Shown one piece after another: positions 23,206 through 23,827 of a stretch of DNA of 23,827 bases. The stretch comes from Tubiluchus corallicola (lineage: Eukaryota; Animalia; Priapulida), in assembly GCA_030141605.1 (NCBI GenBank), contig JAQGDQ010001830.1, positions 1 through 23,827 of the forward strand. Direction: 5' to 3'. A model generated the notes under the pieces. That model was given only the letters and a program-made list of their open reading frames with translations, was not told where the DNA came from and ran no database searches. Made by a program: the position numbers and the translations under genes. Numbering within the stretch: position 1 is the stretch's first letter; each line of letters begins with the position of its first letter.

Positions 23206-23827
23206 CATCTCTCTCTTTTCCTCTCTCCCTCTCCCTTCTCTATCTTTCTCTACCTCTCCCGTTCATTCATTTATTCGTTCTTTCTCTCTCTCTCTATCCC
23301 TCTATCTTTCTCTCTTTCCTCTCTCTCTGTCTGTCCGTATCTCTCTCTCTTTCTCTGTCTATCTCTCTCTCTGTCCCTATCTCTCTCAATCTCTTCCGCT
23401 CCTTCTGTCTCCCTCTCTCTCGCTTTCACTATCTACTACCTCACTCTTTCTCTCTCTCTCTCTCTCTCTCTCTGTCCCTATCTCTTTCTCTCTCTCCTCT
23501 CTCTCCTCTCTCTCTCTCTCTCTCTCCCTCTTTCTGTCTCCATCTCTCTCTTTTCCTCTCTCCCTCTCCCTTCTCTATCTTTCTCTACCTCTCCCGTTCA
23601 TTCATTTATTCGTTCTTTCTCTCTCTCTCTATCCCTCTATCTTTCTCTCTTTCCTCTCTCTCTGTCTGTCCGTATCTCTCTCTCTTTCTCTGTCTATCTC
23701 TCTCTCTGTCCCTATCTCTCTCAATCTCTTCCGCTCCTTCTGTCTCCCTCTCTCTCGCTTTCACTATCTACTACCTCACTCTTTCTCTCTTTCTCTCTCT
23801 CTCTCTCTGTCCCTATCTCTTTCTCTC
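22790..23827. repeat. (CT)-rich polypyrimidine tract organised as ~333-bp higher-order repeats (3 copies visible)
   Basis: Landmark CCGTTCATTCATT at about 22928, 23259 and 23594; CAATCTCTTCCGCTCC also occurs three times. Confidence 0.93.

Overview
Repeat-rich animal genomic DNA, probably from a lophotrochozoan-type invertebrate, judging from the 5S-derived sequence, the Meta/MESC-like SINE and the receptor type; this is inference. Two protein-coding genes converge tail to tail. On the + strand is an intronless class A neuropeptide GPCR of the vasopressin/NPS-CCAP/GnRH/achatin superfamily (2102-3766). On the - strand are the last six coding exons of an NPR-like receptor guanylyl cyclase (22709 down to 13392). 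All six have AG acceptors, the first five have GT donors and the phases are consistent; the ORF track catches parts of only two. The remainder is microsatellites, minisatellites and small mobile elements: two hAT MITEs with 8-bp TSDs, a piggyBac-like MITE, a foldback element, a LINE 3' fragment, a tRNA/Meta-like SINE and three copies of an unclassified dispersed repeat. Four things stand out: a 5S rRNA-headed SINE (SINE3) with a strongly structured body, an intronic solo LTR carrying heat-shock elements, a 30-bp minisatellite built from a splice donor, and a hairpin array in the probable cyclase 3' UTR. I found no evidence for a wholly new multi-gene system. All family assignments are from motif recognition, with no database search.
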